From an uncultured Desulfatitalea sp. (GTDB lineage: Bacteria; Desulfobacterota; Desulfobacteria; Desulfobacterales; Desulfosarcinaceae), in contig CAXXMB010000001.1 in NCBI GenBank assembly GCA_963668675.2, forward strand, positions 640,001 through 704,000: DNA of 64,000 nt, given 5' to 3'. Below the pieces are notes generated by a model. It saw only the letters and a list, made by a program, of their open reading frames with translations. It searched no databases and had not been told where the DNA came from. Below, in pieces: positions 18,685-28,474 of the stretch (its first letter is position 1; each line of letters opens with the position of its first letter). A program made the translations under genes and the position numbers.

Positions 18685-20331
18685 TTGATAAACGTATTAA
18701 AATCATTCCTTGCCAAGTGCGGCTTGGCAAACAGAACCGATGAGCCGCAACCGATTGAACCGCCGCAAAACCAGCGTAAGCCGGAACGGCCCAACGAAAA
18801 GAGCGGCACGTCACGGGCCTCGAAGCAGGAAGAAAGGCCCGATGAGAAGCGTCCTCCCAGGCGGCCAAGGCGGGCAAAACAGAAAAAAAAGCCCGATGCG
18901 GCATTGGATCCCCAACCGGTCCGCCAATGGGACATCTCCTCATTCCAGGTGCTGCCCGCTGAAGGCAAGGTGCGCTTTCATGACCTCGGGCTGCCGGACA
19001 GTCTGATGCACGCCATTGCCGACTTAGGCTTTCAATACTGCACCCCCATCCAGGCGGAAATAATGCCGAGCACCTTGGCGGGGAAAGACGCCACCGGCCG
19101 CGCCCAGACCGGTACCGGCAAGACGGCGGCCTTCCTGATTACTGTGATTACCCGGCTGCTGGCGGAATCCCCTCAGGGGCAGATCAAAAAAGGATCGCCG
19201 CGGGTGCTTGTGCTTGGCCCTACGCGGGAATTGGTGATGCAGATCGCCGAAGAGGGACGCCAACTGGCCAAGTATACCGATCTGACCATCACCAGCGTTT
19301 TCGGCGGCATGGACTACGAAAAACAGCGGCGTCAGCTGAACCAGAAACAGAGCGACATCGTTGTCGCTACACCGGGACGTCTCCTCGATTACAAACGGCA
19401 GGGTGACGTTCGGCTGGACATGGTGCAGGTATTGATTATCGATGAAGCGGATCGCATGCTCGACATGGGGTTCATTCCCGACGTACGCAAAATCATTTAC
19501 GCCACTCCCCATAAGGACAAGCGCCAGACCCTGCTGTTCAGTGCAACCTTGACGCCGGAGGTGACACGCCTGACAGCTCAGTGGACAAGAAATCCCATCC
19601 AGGTTGAGATCGAACCGGAGCAGGTGGCCGTGGACTCCGTGGAACAGATCGTCTACATCGTCACACGCGACGAGAAGGCCGCACTTCTTTTCAACATTCT
19701 TCATCGCAAGGACTTGAAACAGGTAATTGTGTTCTGCAATCGAAAGGATGAAACGCGACGACTGGCCGATCTGTTTGTACGTTATCGTATCGATTGCGCG
19801 GTATTGTCCGGTGATATCCGCCAACGCACCAGAGTCAAAACACTTGAAGACTTCAAAGCCGGAAAGATCCGGGTGCTTGTGGCCACGGATGTGGCAGGCA
19901 GGGGGATCCATATTGAAGGCATGGACCATGTGATCAATTACACGCTGCCGCGCGACCCCGAGGACTATGTGCACCGTATCGGGCGGACCGGAAGAGCGGG
20001 CGCATCGGGCACCTCCATCAGTTTTGCCGATGAAGAGGACAGCTTCGTCATTCCGGCCATCGAAGAATTGATCGGGTATAAGCTTCCCTGCATCTATCCC
20101 GATGAGGAGTGGCTGGCACCATTGCCACCGCCTCCGCCAAGGCGAAAGACGCGGACGGATGATAACCAAACCAAACAGCCTCAAAGGCCTCGCTCTTCCA
20201 GCCGGGGGAGGAGAAGAGGGCCGAGCAGCCAGACTGGACGCAAACAGGGTGATCGATCCTCCCGTCCGCGATCAGGCTCCCCAAGAAGAGGGAGGGGAGG
20301 GCAGCCCAGAAATGTTCAAAAGAAGTCCTGA
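18685..20331 (+). CDS. rhlB: DEAD-box RNA helicase (RhlB-like)
   Basis: Q motif [44 protein letters not shown]; start uncertain. Confidence 0.88.
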   Translation: MINVLKSFLAKCGLANRTDEPQPIEPPQNQRKPERPNEKSGTSRASKQEERPDEKRPPRRPRRAKQKKKPDAALDPQPVRQWDISSFQVLPAEGKVRFHDLGLPDSLMHAIADLGFQYCTPIQAEIMPSTLAGKDATGRAQTGTGKTAAFLITVITRLLAESPQGQIKKGSPRVLVLGPTRELVMQIAEEGRQLAKYTDLTITSVFGGMDYEKQRRQLNQKQSDIVVATPGRLLDYKRQGDVRLDMVQVLIIDEADRMLDMGFIPDVRKIIYATPHKDKRQTLLFSATLTPEVTRLTAQWTRNPIQVEIEPEQVAVDSVEQIVYIVTRDEKAALLFNILHRKDLKQVIVFCNRKDETRRLADLFVRYRIDCAVLSGDIRQRTRVKTLEDFKAGKIRVLVATDVAGRGIHIEGMDHVINYTLPRDPEDYVHRIGRTGRAGASGTSISFADEEDSFVIPAIEELIGYKLPCIYPDEEWLAPLPPPPPRRKTRTDDNQTKQPQRPRSSSRGRRRGPSSQTGRKQGDRSSRPRSGSPRRGRGGQPRNVQKKS

Positions 20332-20404
20332 CCTTTTATATTGATTTGCACTGCCGTTCATTTCATTTATAAAACAGTGCCGTAATTGGGAGGTTGGCGC
20401 CATG

Positions 20405-21382
20405 CTAACGGAAGTGGTTATAGCCTCCCTTTAGCGGATTTGAACGCCCTTTGTGATCGATAAGGAGGATTTTGTCTTCCTGATCGGTCACCTTGCCCAC
20501 CTTGGTGCATATAATTCCCTTGTCTTCGAGTGCTGCAACGCTCTCTGGAGGGATGGAAAAGAGCAATTCAAAATCTTCTCCTCCTCCGATGGCCCATTGC
20601 AGGGGATCGACTCCCAACACTTGCGATGCCTGGACGACCTCATCATGCAGGGGGATCGCCTCGGCCTCTATTTCTGCTCCGACCTTGCTCTGTGTGCACA
20701 GGTGGTTCACTTCAGCTCCCAGTCCATCGCTGATATCGATCATGGCGTTGGCCACCGGGGCAATGGCCCCGGCGAGGTCCATCCGGCATCTGGGTTCGAA
20801 GTGTTTGCGTTTAAGATAATTGGATGGCATCTGCCCGCTGCTCAACAGTGCCAATCCTGCAGCCGATGCACCCAGAGAACCTGTTACCATCAATAGATCG
20901 CCGGGCTTGGCATGGCTGCGAAGGCATAGATGCTGTGGGGATACAGCACCAAGCAGACAAATAGTGATCGTCGTGTCCCTGCCCTGGGTGGTGTCGCCGC
21001 CGAGCAGGGCGATGTCGTGACGGCGGCATGAACGATCGATTCCCTGGTAGAGCCTTTCTACCCAATTCACATCGGCATCTGCGGGCAGGGCCAGTGAAAC
21101 GAACATCCACTGGGCAATGCCGCCCATTGCGGCGATATCGCTCACATTGCACTCGGAAGCCTTGATGCCGATCTGCTCAGGTGTTGCCCATTTGCAGTTA
21201 AAGTGACGATCTTCTACCAGCATATCCGTTGTGACGAGCAGATAGGGGGCCGGTTCAGGCGCCATACGAATGACCGCCGCGTCGTCCCCAATGCCCTGCA
21301 CCACCTCGGGTCGATCTGCGGCGACCATTTTTGCCAGGCGATCGATCAGGGCAAATTCTCCACCAATCTCATTGATCTTCAT
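20405..21382 (-). CDS. thiL: Thiamine-monophosphate kinase
   Basis: GEFALI, GIGDDAA, NVSDIAAMGG, GGDTT, MIDISDGL, GGEDFELLF. Confidence 0.95.
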   Translation of the reverse strand: MKINEIGGEFALIDRLAKMVAADRPEVVQGIGDDAAVIRMAPEPAPYLLVTTDMLVEDRHFNCKWATPEQIGIKASECNVSDIAAMGGIAQWMFVSLALPADADVNWVERLYQGIDRSCRRHDIALLGGDTTQGRDTTITICLLGAVSPQHLCLRSHAKPGDLLMVTGSLGASAAGLALLSSGQMPSNYLKRKHFEPRCRMDLAGAIAPVANAMIDISDGLGAEVNHLCTQSKVGAEIEAEAIPLHDEVVQASQVLGVDPLQWAIGGGEDFELLFSIPPESVAALEDKGIICTKVGKVTDQEDKILLIDHKGRSNPLKGGYNHFR

Positions 21383-21409
21383 GTCAACTATTCTCTTCGA
21401 TGCTATGCA

Positions 21410-22867
21410 TTAAAGGGTGTACAACTCACGCACAATCCGGGACAGTGTCTTCAACCCATTGTCGATCCGTTCACTGAAGGGGAGACCGCAACTGATACGT
21501 ATGCAGTGTCTGTAGTCATCATTGCTGGCACAGATGACCCCGGGTAGAACTGCGATCTTCTCCTTCAAGGCACGCCGGAACAGTTCAAGACTGTCCAGAT
21601 CATGGCGCAGTTGGACCCACAATGTCAACGCACCGGAGGGTGATGATAATCGCGTCTCTTTCGGAAAATGTCTGGCAATGGCCATGGAGGTGTTGGCCAT
21701 CTGTTTTTGAAGGATCGTTCGCAGCTTTCTCAAATGACGGTCAAAATTGCCGCTCTTCAAATATTGATACAATACATATTGATTTAAGGATGGTGATGAA
21801 ACCGAAGTATAGAGTTTAAGGTGTTTTACTCTCTCAAGAAAAAGGCCCGGCATGCTCCATCCGACACGTAATCCGGGGGATAGGGTTTTTGAAAAGGAGC
21901 TGCAGTAGAGGACGAGTCCCTTGGTGTCGAAAGATTGCAGCGGTGCAGGTCTTGTCGGTCCGAAGTGAAGTTCACCATAGATGTCATCCTCTATGATGGG
22001 AATGGCTTCGGCATTGAGCATTCGGACAAGTTCGCGCTTCTTTTCGTTTGAAAGGACGAAACCGAGCGGATTTTGGAAATTGTCATTGAAAATACATGCT
22101 TTTACCGGATGTTTTTTAAGCGCAACTTTCAATGCTTCAATATCGATGCCATTAGCGGCATCGGTGGGGATCTCCAAGGCCAACATCTGCAAATCTTCGA
22201 TGAGCTGAAGATACCAGGGGAAGGTTGGCGATTCGACCACAATCGTATCACCTTGTTTGGCAACGGCCTGGAGGCATATGGCCACAGCTTCGAAGCAGCC
22301 GTTGGTAATGACGATGCCATCAGCGCAACTGCTTCGGTTCAGCGCCATGTGGCGTTGGGCAATTTGGCGCCGCAATCCTTCGAGGCCCATGGGGTGTTCG
22401 TAGTTGGCCAGCATAGATGCAAGTCGATCTGATGGGATGCTCTTGATATCCTGTGCCAGCGTTTTAACCGGCATTAGCTCGGGAGCCATGACCGATCCGC
22501 CAAGTTGGAGAATTTCAGGATCACCCATGGCTTCGAGAATGGCAAACGCCAGGTTGTTGATGGTCACCTTGCTGGGTTTGATGAGAGGCTTTTTCGTCTC
22601 GGGGCTTTTCAACAGGGGTTTCAACGGCGGTTTGACGTAATAGCCCGATTTGGGACGCGGCTCGACGACTCCCCGTTTTTCCAACTCGATAAGCGCCTGA
22701 TAGACCGTGGAAATACTCAGCCCTGAGTGGGTGTGCAGCGTTCGAATGGAGGGAAGTTTGTCACCGGTCTGATATGTGCCTTCTGCGATTCCTTTTTCGA
22801 TGGTGTCGGCCAGCGCCAGATATCGAAAGCCTTTAATATCGGATAGTTGGGAGAGCAAATGATGCAT
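21410..22867 (-). CDS. MocR/GntR family PLP-dependent transcriptional regulator
   Basis: wHTH GDKLPSIR..SISTV.QA...LE..G.V..RPKSGYYV plus aminotransferase-like domain IIEDDIYGEL, SFSKTLSPGLRVGW. Confidence 0.93.
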   Translation of the reverse strand: MHHLLSQLSDIKGFRYLALADTIEKGIAEGTYQTGDKLPSIRTLHTHSGLSISTVYQALIELEKRGVVEPRPKSGYYVKPPLKPLLKSPETKKPLIKPSKVTINNLAFAILEAMGDPEILQLGGSVMAPELMPVKTLAQDIKSIPSDRLASMLANYEHPMGLEGLRRQIAQRHMALNRSSCADGIVITNGCFEAVAICLQAVAKQGDTIVVESPTFPWYLQLIEDLQMLALEIPTDAANGIDIEALKVALKKHPVKACIFNDNFQNPLGFVLSNEKKRELVRMLNAEAIPIIEDDIYGELHFGPTRPAPLQSFDTKGLVLYCSSFSKTLSPGLRVGWSMPGLFLERVKHLKLYTSVSSPSLNQYVLYQYLKSGNFDRHLRKLRTILQKQMANTSMAIARHFPKETRLSSPSGALTLWVQLRHDLDSLELFRRALKEKIAVLPGVICASNDDYRHCIRISCGLPFSERIDNGLKTLSRIVRELYTL

Positions 22868-22876
22868 ATGTCTACA

Positions 22877-22916
22877 ATCTGTTATGCAAAATATTTTAGA
22901 ACATTGTATCTGTTAT
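22877..22916. promoter_or_regulatory. Putative MocR operator, ATCTGTTAT direct repeat
   Basis: ATCTGTTAT at 22877-22885 and 22908-22916 (31 bp period) in the divergent regulator/aminotransferase spacer. Confidence 0.55.
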
Positions 22917-22996
22917 TAATTATCAGCGTTGATAGGTTTAAACAACACAAGATGTTTGTTTCAATTGAAAAACATAACAAAAAGGGGGGAGGCAAG

Positions 22997-24217
22997 GTGT
23001 CGTCGATTCTTTCGGAACGGACTGCTGGCATGGGATGCAACGCCATACGTGAAATCCTGAAGGTTGTTTCCAGGCCCGGCATGGTATCGCTTGCCGGAGG
23101 CATTCCCGCACCGGAGAGCTTCCCCATGGATTTAATGCCTGGTTTAACCGATGCAGTGCTGACCAAGTATGGCGCGTCTGCGTTTCAATACGATCCGACC
23201 GAAGGTTTCGAACCGCTTCGCGAAACGCTTTCCGGATATTTGACAACCAAAGGCGTAGAGGTATCTCCTGATGGTATCCTGGTGACCAGCGGTTCCCAAA
23301 GTGCACTTGATCTATCGGGGATGGTGCTGATTTCAAAAGGTGACCGTGTAGCATTGGAGGCACCAACATACGTTGGCGCCTTACAGGCTTTTCGGCCCTA
23401 CCAGCCGGAATTTGTTACGCTTGAGTCGGACGAAGACGGTGTGATTCCTGAATCGTTGGAGAAGGTGCTGCGGAGCGGATCCATTAAACTGATCTATCTT
23501 GTACCAACGTTCCAAAATCCGACAGGGCGGACGATTCCACTGAATCGTCGCATCGCAATAGCGAAAATTATCCGACAATACAATACGCTTTTGGTAGAGG
23601 ATGATCCATACAGCGATTTGCGGTTCAAAGGGACATCGCTTCCAACCATCCGGTCGTTGGCACCTGAACAGGTGATCTATATTGGTACCTTATCGAAGGT
23701 GTTCGCACCCGGCCTGCGTGTCGGGTTTTGTGTCGCACCCGAACTGATCAGACATTGGCTGGTGGTGGCCAAACAGGGGGTCGATCTGCACACCAGCACC
23801 TATAATCAGGCGCTAGCGGCAGAGTATATCAGCGGCGGGCACATGATGGCACACCTTCCCAATATTGTCTGCCTGTATCGCCCCAGGCTCGATGCTCTTC
23901 TGAAGGGCCTGGAGTATTATATGCCGCACGGGTTCTCCTGGTCCAAGCCGGAGGGAGGCATGTTCGTCTGGGTAACGGGGCCACTCGGAATGGATATGGA
24001 TAGGGCTTATCAAGCAGCGATCGCCCGAAATGTTGCCTTCGTGCCCGGAACCCACTTTTTTCCACATCCGGGTAACGGCCTGGAGACCATGAGGCTCAAT
24101 TTTACCATGAGCGATGGGGATACGCTGACAAGGGCGATTGCCACCTTGGCTGATGTGCTCAGCCGGGAGATTACCACCCCAGATGGAGTTCGATGGGATG
24201 CTGTCCCGGCAGAGTAG
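22997..24217 (+). CDS. Class I PLP-dependent aminotransferase (2-aminoadipate/aromatic, LysN-like)
   Basis: AIREILK, ISLAGG-type SLAGGIPAPE, PTFQNPTG, EDDPY, LSKVFAPGLRVG; GTG start after GGAGG. Confidence 0.88.
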   Translation: MSSILSERTAGMGCNAIREILKVVSRPGMVSLAGGIPAPESFPMDLMPGLTDAVLTKYGASAFQYDPTEGFEPLRETLSGYLTTKGVEVSPDGILVTSGSQSALDLSGMVLISKGDRVALEAPTYVGALQAFRPYQPEFVTLESDEDGVIPESLEKVLRSGSIKLIYLVPTFQNPTGRTIPLNRRIAIAKIIRQYNTLLVEDDPYSDLRFKGTSLPTIRSLAPEQVIYIGTLSKVFAPGLRVGFCVAPELIRHWLVVAKQGVDLHTSTYNQALAAEYISGGHMMAHLPNIVCLYRPRLDALLKGLEYYMPHGFSWSKPEGGMFVWVTGPLGMDMDRAYQAAIARNVAFVPGTHFFPHPGNGLETMRLNFTMSDGDTLTRAIATLADVLSREITTPDGVRWDAVPAE

Positions 24218-25742
24218 TACTGGACGGGGTCAATTTGATTGCAACCGGAATTCGCCCCTGCTGATCGATAGGCTGCACATCGATGGCCGCTTTGGCGAAG
24301 CCTGGTGGATCGCTTTGGTCGCTGAAGCGATTGAGAGCTGTTTTCAACTGCTCTTCAAGATGGCCGGGGTCGCCTTCCGAGCTTATATGATCTTTGCACC
24401 AAAGAATGAATTGGGTGACCTGGCTCAGAAGGATCTGATAAGCAAGGGAGGTTCCATTTATGACGACCGCTTTTGGAAAGAAGGCTACGTCTCGTTTGGT
24501 TTCGCAAGCCAAGGGGGTAAATCCGCCCTGAACAAACTGCTCCAAACGATCACGATCGAACTGCGCTTCAGATACCATAGGTGGTAGTTCCCCTCCGGTT
24601 TGTAACGCCAGATCTTGTATCTGGTACTTCTGAACATCACAGAAGCGGGTCGGCCAACCCTCTTTGTATGCGCTCTGGGCAACCAGCGTTCCTAAACTCC
24701 AAACCGGCGCAATCCAATTGACGTCAGGTTCGTTAAAGGGGATGAGGCGCGGCTGATTATCTTCACCGTAAGGGTAGCGAACAAGAAAACGATTGCAGGT
24801 GAGGCAGAGCCAATGCCCATATTCCGACTGGACCACACTTTGATATTTGGCGTACGCCTGGGTTTCGATATGGTGACGGATGAGGGGCAGGGTGCCCAGC
24901 CGCGACCACTTCGGAATCTGGAAAAAAGCTGGTGGCACCCACGCGATTACAGGCACCATCAAGGTGGTTGACCACCGGGCTGCTGCAGTGAGCCGTTCGA
25001 TGGAGAGCGGTGTGTTGTCGAAGGGCAGATCGAGCAGGATGACATTGGGCAGATCGTTAACGATAAGGGGCGTGAGGTCATCCAGTCGCTCGGCCAGCGT
25101 CTGAGTATGCACGGTCGCAATAGAGACGGTGGCGGAAGCGTTGTCCGAAACACCCTGCTGAAGTAGAAGTCTCAGGCCTCGCCAGGCGCTCTCCATCTCT
25201 TGAAACCGATGGTCTCCGAAAAGGGCTGTGAGAATGGCTTTCGCGACAGTATCGATCTGGTCCGCCTCATCTTGATGCGAACCCGGCTCCGCCGTTTCGG
25301 TACCATCCAGTGCAACCATGCTCAATATGTTGTCTATGTTGCTTTCAGACTTTGATTTTGCGGGCGGTTTTTTCTCTTGAATATCGATGGTGGGCAATTC
25401 AGGCCATTGGTGGAGCCCCTCTCGGATTCGGCTGGTTGTTTCACCCTTGCGACGGGCCGCTTCAAGGTACGCTTTGGCTTGGCTTAATTTTTGGAAAAAG
25501 GGGTTTGATTTTACAATGCCATCTGGATGAAACGATTTAAGGTTTGCCAATTGAAACTCAAGGCTGCCGTTGGGGCACAGGGATTTTTCGATATTGAGCG
25601 GCAAACGGATCGCCATAGAATGCATAACGTCGTCCAGGGTTGATCGCTCAACGACCTGCGGCGGCTTGGGTACCGCCCCGGCATCTTCCGGTTGAAAAGG
25701 GGCCAGGGCGAGTATTTTAAAATGTGTGTCAAAGGAGGTCAT
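24171..25742 (-). CDS. T6SS contractile-sheath-like protein, apparent TssB-TssC fusion
   Basis: TssB-like N-terminus (FKILALAPF, LDDVM, LKSFHPDGIV..PFFQKL), TssC-like remainder (FQEMESAWRGLRLL, NRFLVRYPYG, LAYQILLSQ). Confidence 0.8.
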   Translation of the reverse strand: MTSFDTHFKILALAPFQPEDAGAVPKPPQVVERSTLDDVMHSMAIRLPLNIEKSLCPNGSLEFQLANLKSFHPDGIVKSNPFFQKLSQAKAYLEAARRKGETTSRIREGLHQWPELPTIDIQEKKPPAKSKSESNIDNILSMVALDGTETAEPGSHQDEADQIDTVAKAILTALFGDHRFQEMESAWRGLRLLLQQGVSDNASATVSIATVHTQTLAERLDDLTPLIVNDLPNVILLDLPFDNTPLSIERLTAAARWSTTLMVPVIAWVPPAFFQIPKWSRLGTLPLIRHHIETQAYAKYQSVVQSEYGHWLCLTCNRFLVRYPYGEDNQPRLIPFNEPDVNWIAPVWSLGTLVAQSAYKEGWPTRFCDVQKYQIQDLALQTGGELPPMVSEAQFDRDRLEQFVQGGFTPLACETKRDVAFFPKAVVINGTSLAYQILLSQVTQFILWCKDHISSEGDPGHLEEQLKTALNRFSDQSDPPGFAKAAIDVQPIDQQGRIPVAIKLTPSSTTLPGQHPIELHLGW

Positions 25743-25763
25743 GTTCTGCTTCTTCCCGGTGAT

Positions 25764-26795
25764 CTATGAAAAAAATTTTTTTAGCAAACCGCCGGCTTTT
25801 TGGCCTATCTTTTCAGACAACTCCTGTTTTTCGGGCGTTTCGGCGGGTGACGGTGGCTGGGATGTCGGTTGCTCCGGAGCCGGCTCCGGAAGTGGGTCCT
25901 CTACTTCTGCCAGCCGTCCTCCTCCCAAGAACCTGAATTTTGGCCCCTGTTCGCTCAGAGATAGCTGCATATCCGGTTCAAGACCTGCCTGTACGTTGAT
26001 GAGCCGGCCACCCAGAGAGACACAGTTCATGCCGGTCAGGTCCTTTATCCAATAACGGTTCTGGCTGAAAAAGATCTGCGCGTGGCGTTCGTATACTCCC
26101 GGATGATTGATGACAAAATCGCAGCCTGCACCACTGCCGATGACGATGGGCAGCGTTTGGAACGATTTCAACGCCGGACCGAACTGAATGGCAAGGGGGG
26201 CTTTTACGGTTTCAACCGGTGGTGAAGATGCTGCTGGTGATGGTTGCGCTTGAAACGGCTGCGGAGATTGCGCCCGTATAGGCGCCGGGGAGGCCGCCAT
26301 CGCTTTGGGGGGGACTTGTGGCGGTTTCGCCACAGGCGTCGGTTGCGGCTGCTGTGGTTGAGGGGGTGCCTGCATCTGCTGTTGCGGTGTCGACGGTGGG
26401 GAGGAAACGGCCTGTGGTGCAGGTGCCGGTTCGGGAGCAGGCGTCGGTTCCGGTTGCGGCGCAGACCGGGCATCATTGATCTGAGTAAGGAAGCTCACTT
26501 TGGGGCCGCCTTCGGCAAACATCAGGACATCGCCATCTTTCAGAAAACGCTCTGTAATCTGCTGACCGTTGACGAAGGTGCCGTTGGTGCTTTGGTCAAT
26601 GAGTTTGAAACGGTTGCCTTCACGAACGATGCGGGCGTGAATGCGCGACAATGTCACCATCTCTTTTGGAAACCGGACCTGGCAATCCGGATGGCGACCT
26701 ACCCGTATTTCACCATCCGTCAGCTCCTGGATTTCACCCTTCAGAGGTCCCTGCATGTGTACCAGTTGGACCGTGATATTGGGGATGCTGTTCAT
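25764..26795 (-). CDS. Protein with two FHA domains and a Pro/Gln-rich linker
   Basis: FHA1: VGRHPDC, SRIHA, STNGTFVNG, LKDGD; FHA2: IGSGAGCDFVI, RHAQI, IKDL. Confidence 0.88.
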   Translation of the reverse strand: MNSIPNITVQLVHMQGPLKGEIQELTDGEIRVGRHPDCQVRFPKEMVTLSRIHARIVREGNRFKLIDQSTNGTFVNGQQITERFLKDGDVLMFAEGGPKVSFLTQINDARSAPQPEPTPAPEPAPAPQAVSSPPSTPQQQMQAPPQPQQPQPTPVAKPPQVPPKAMAASPAPIRAQSPQPFQAQPSPAASSPPVETVKAPLAIQFGPALKSFQTLPIVIGSGAGCDFVINHPGVYERHAQIFFSQNRYWIKDLTGMNCVSLGGRLINVQAGLEPDMQLSLSEQGPKFRFLGGGRLAEVEDPLPEPAPEQPTSQPPSPAETPEKQELSEKIGQKAGGLLKKFFS

Positions 26796-26835
26796 GGCAA
26801 TAACTCAATCGTTCGTGTTTTGTTTGAATCGTTCG

Positions 26836-28470
26836 TTATTGGTTGCTTTTCTTAATCTGCTCCAGCTTCTCCAGCAATTTTTTTGCCTGGCTTAAGTTCT
26901 GCTCAACGTCTTTGTACCCGGGGTCGATCTCATAGACCATCTCCCACTCGGAGATCGCCTCGGCCAGCTTCTCGTTGTTATAATAAACAATGCCTTTGTT
27001 GTAGTGTGCCTCTTTGAAACGGGCTAAACTTTTTTCCACATAGCCAGCACACTGCTCGCAGTTGGCATCGTTGGAGGCTGCCAGTTCAAAGCCTTTTTTG
27101 GCAGCCATGAAATCCCCTTTGTTGTAATCGACAAGCGCCTGCTGATAATAGGATTTGGACAGATAGAGACGTACCTCTTTGTCCTGCGGTTGATGCATCA
27201 GAAACTTTTCGAATTCGGCAATGGCCAGATCGAACTGATTGTTGCCAAAATACTGAAGACCGTTACTGCGGTGCATGAGCAGAGGACCGATTTTACTCTT
27301 TTCGATGTAGTCCCCGCACTGATCGCACTTGGGGTCGTACTGGAGTGCGCTTTCGAAGGCCTCCCGGGCAGCATCGTAATCGTGTTGATCAAAAAGCTGT
27401 TTGCCGCTTTCGAAATACGCACGGGCCAGGTAATCGCGAGTGCGGTCATCGTCCGGTGCAGCTTCGATCGCCTTGTTGAGTTCAAACACGGCGTCTTCGT
27501 ACCTGCTTTCGTTGAACAGCTCGATGCCCGCCTCCCGGTAGGCGAGAATCTGCTCATCGACCTCCGACGCATCACCATTGGGCTGGGCCGTCAGCTCCTC
27601 GTCGGGAGCGACCTTTTCCGCCTCTTCAGGTTTGACCGCTTGTGACGGGCTTGTCTTCTGGCCAGCGTCGTCTATATCCGTTTCGTAAAATGGCAGTCCG
27701 GCTACTTTGGGAACTTTAACCACCTGCCCCACCTTTACGCGTGTGGCGTCATCCATGCCGTTGAACCGCGCAATGATATGAAACTGCTTATAGTCGCCAT
27801 AATACTTCTGAGCCAGTTTTGATATGCTCTCCCCCTGGCGAAGTTTATGTTCTACAAAAGAGCTTGACGAATCGACCTCCTGCGGGGATTCATGCTGAAC
27901 AGCCGCGCCCCCCACATCCGGGATCATGATTCGCTGTCCGGGCTTTACTTTGGTCGCATCTTCAATGTGATTGAATTTGGCGATGGTGTCGAATTTTTTA
28001 TAGTCCCCATAATATTTTTTAGCGATCATCGAGAGACTCTCTCCAGGCTTTACCACATGAAAGATATACGTGGGCGCCTTTTCAGGTTCTCTTGAGACCA
28101 GCATTTTGGAGGCCTGGGGATGGTCTGGTTGGTATTTAAGTGCGGTGAGGAACTCTTTGCGCGCCAGACCATACTTGCCCTGGCTGTGGTACTTCATGCC
28201 AAGCTGATACCTTTCATCCGCCAACCTGGTCAGCTTTTTCGTCAACCGTTCACTGTTCTTCTTGGCGTCGCTGTTCCCGGGGTCTGCGGTGAGGGCAAGT
28301 TTGTATTGCTCCAAGGCAGCCGGAAGATCACCCTGTTTTTCAAGCTTCTGGGCACGGAGGACGTATTGGGCCGCTAATTCCGGATCTGGCTGGCTCGTAT
28401 CCATCAAGGCACAACTGGCGCATAAGAGTGCTAAGACCAAAGGACCGATTAGGAAAAAATGAAGTTTCAT
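26836..28470 (-). CDS. Lipoprotein with TPR repeats and two LysM domains
   Basis: Lipobox-like LLCASC; LysM HVVKPGESLSMIAKKYYG and HKLRQGESISKLAQKYYG; TPR helices on both sides. Confidence 0.88.
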   Translation of the reverse strand: MKLHFFLIGPLVLALLCASCALMDTSQPDPELAAQYVLRAQKLEKQGDLPAALEQYKLALTADPGNSDAKKNSERLTKKLTRLADERYQLGMKYHSQGKYGLARKEFLTALKYQPDHPQASKMLVSREPEKAPTYIFHVVKPGESLSMIAKKYYGDYKKFDTIAKFNHIEDATKVKPGQRIMIPDVGGAAVQHESPQEVDSSSSFVEHKLRQGESISKLAQKYYGDYKQFHIIARFNGMDDATRVKVGQVVKVPKVAGLPFYETDIDDAGQKTSPSQAVKPEEAEKVAPDEELTAQPNGDASEVDEQILAYREAGIELFNESRYEDAVFELNKAIEAAPDDDRTRDYLARAYFESGKQLFDQHDYDAAREAFESALQYDPKCDQCGDYIEKSKIGPLLMHRSNGLQYFGNNQFDLAIAEFEKFLMHQPQDKEVRLYLSKSYYQQALVDYNKGDFMAAKKGFELAASNDANCEQCAGYVEKSLARFKEAHYNKGIVYYNNEKLAEAISEWEMVYEIDPGYKDVEQNLSQAKKLLEKLEQIKKSNQ

Positions 28471-28474
28471 GGGA

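Noticed and set aside
19024..20184. Long antisense ORF opposite rhlB (similar ones lie opposite paaK, the PilB-like ATPase and the MCP)
   Set aside because: Typical stop-poor antisense frames of conserved, codon-biased genes; no protein motifs
21383..21409. TPP riboswitch upstream of thiL
   Set aside because: Only 27 bp separate it from the MocR gene and no TPP motif is present
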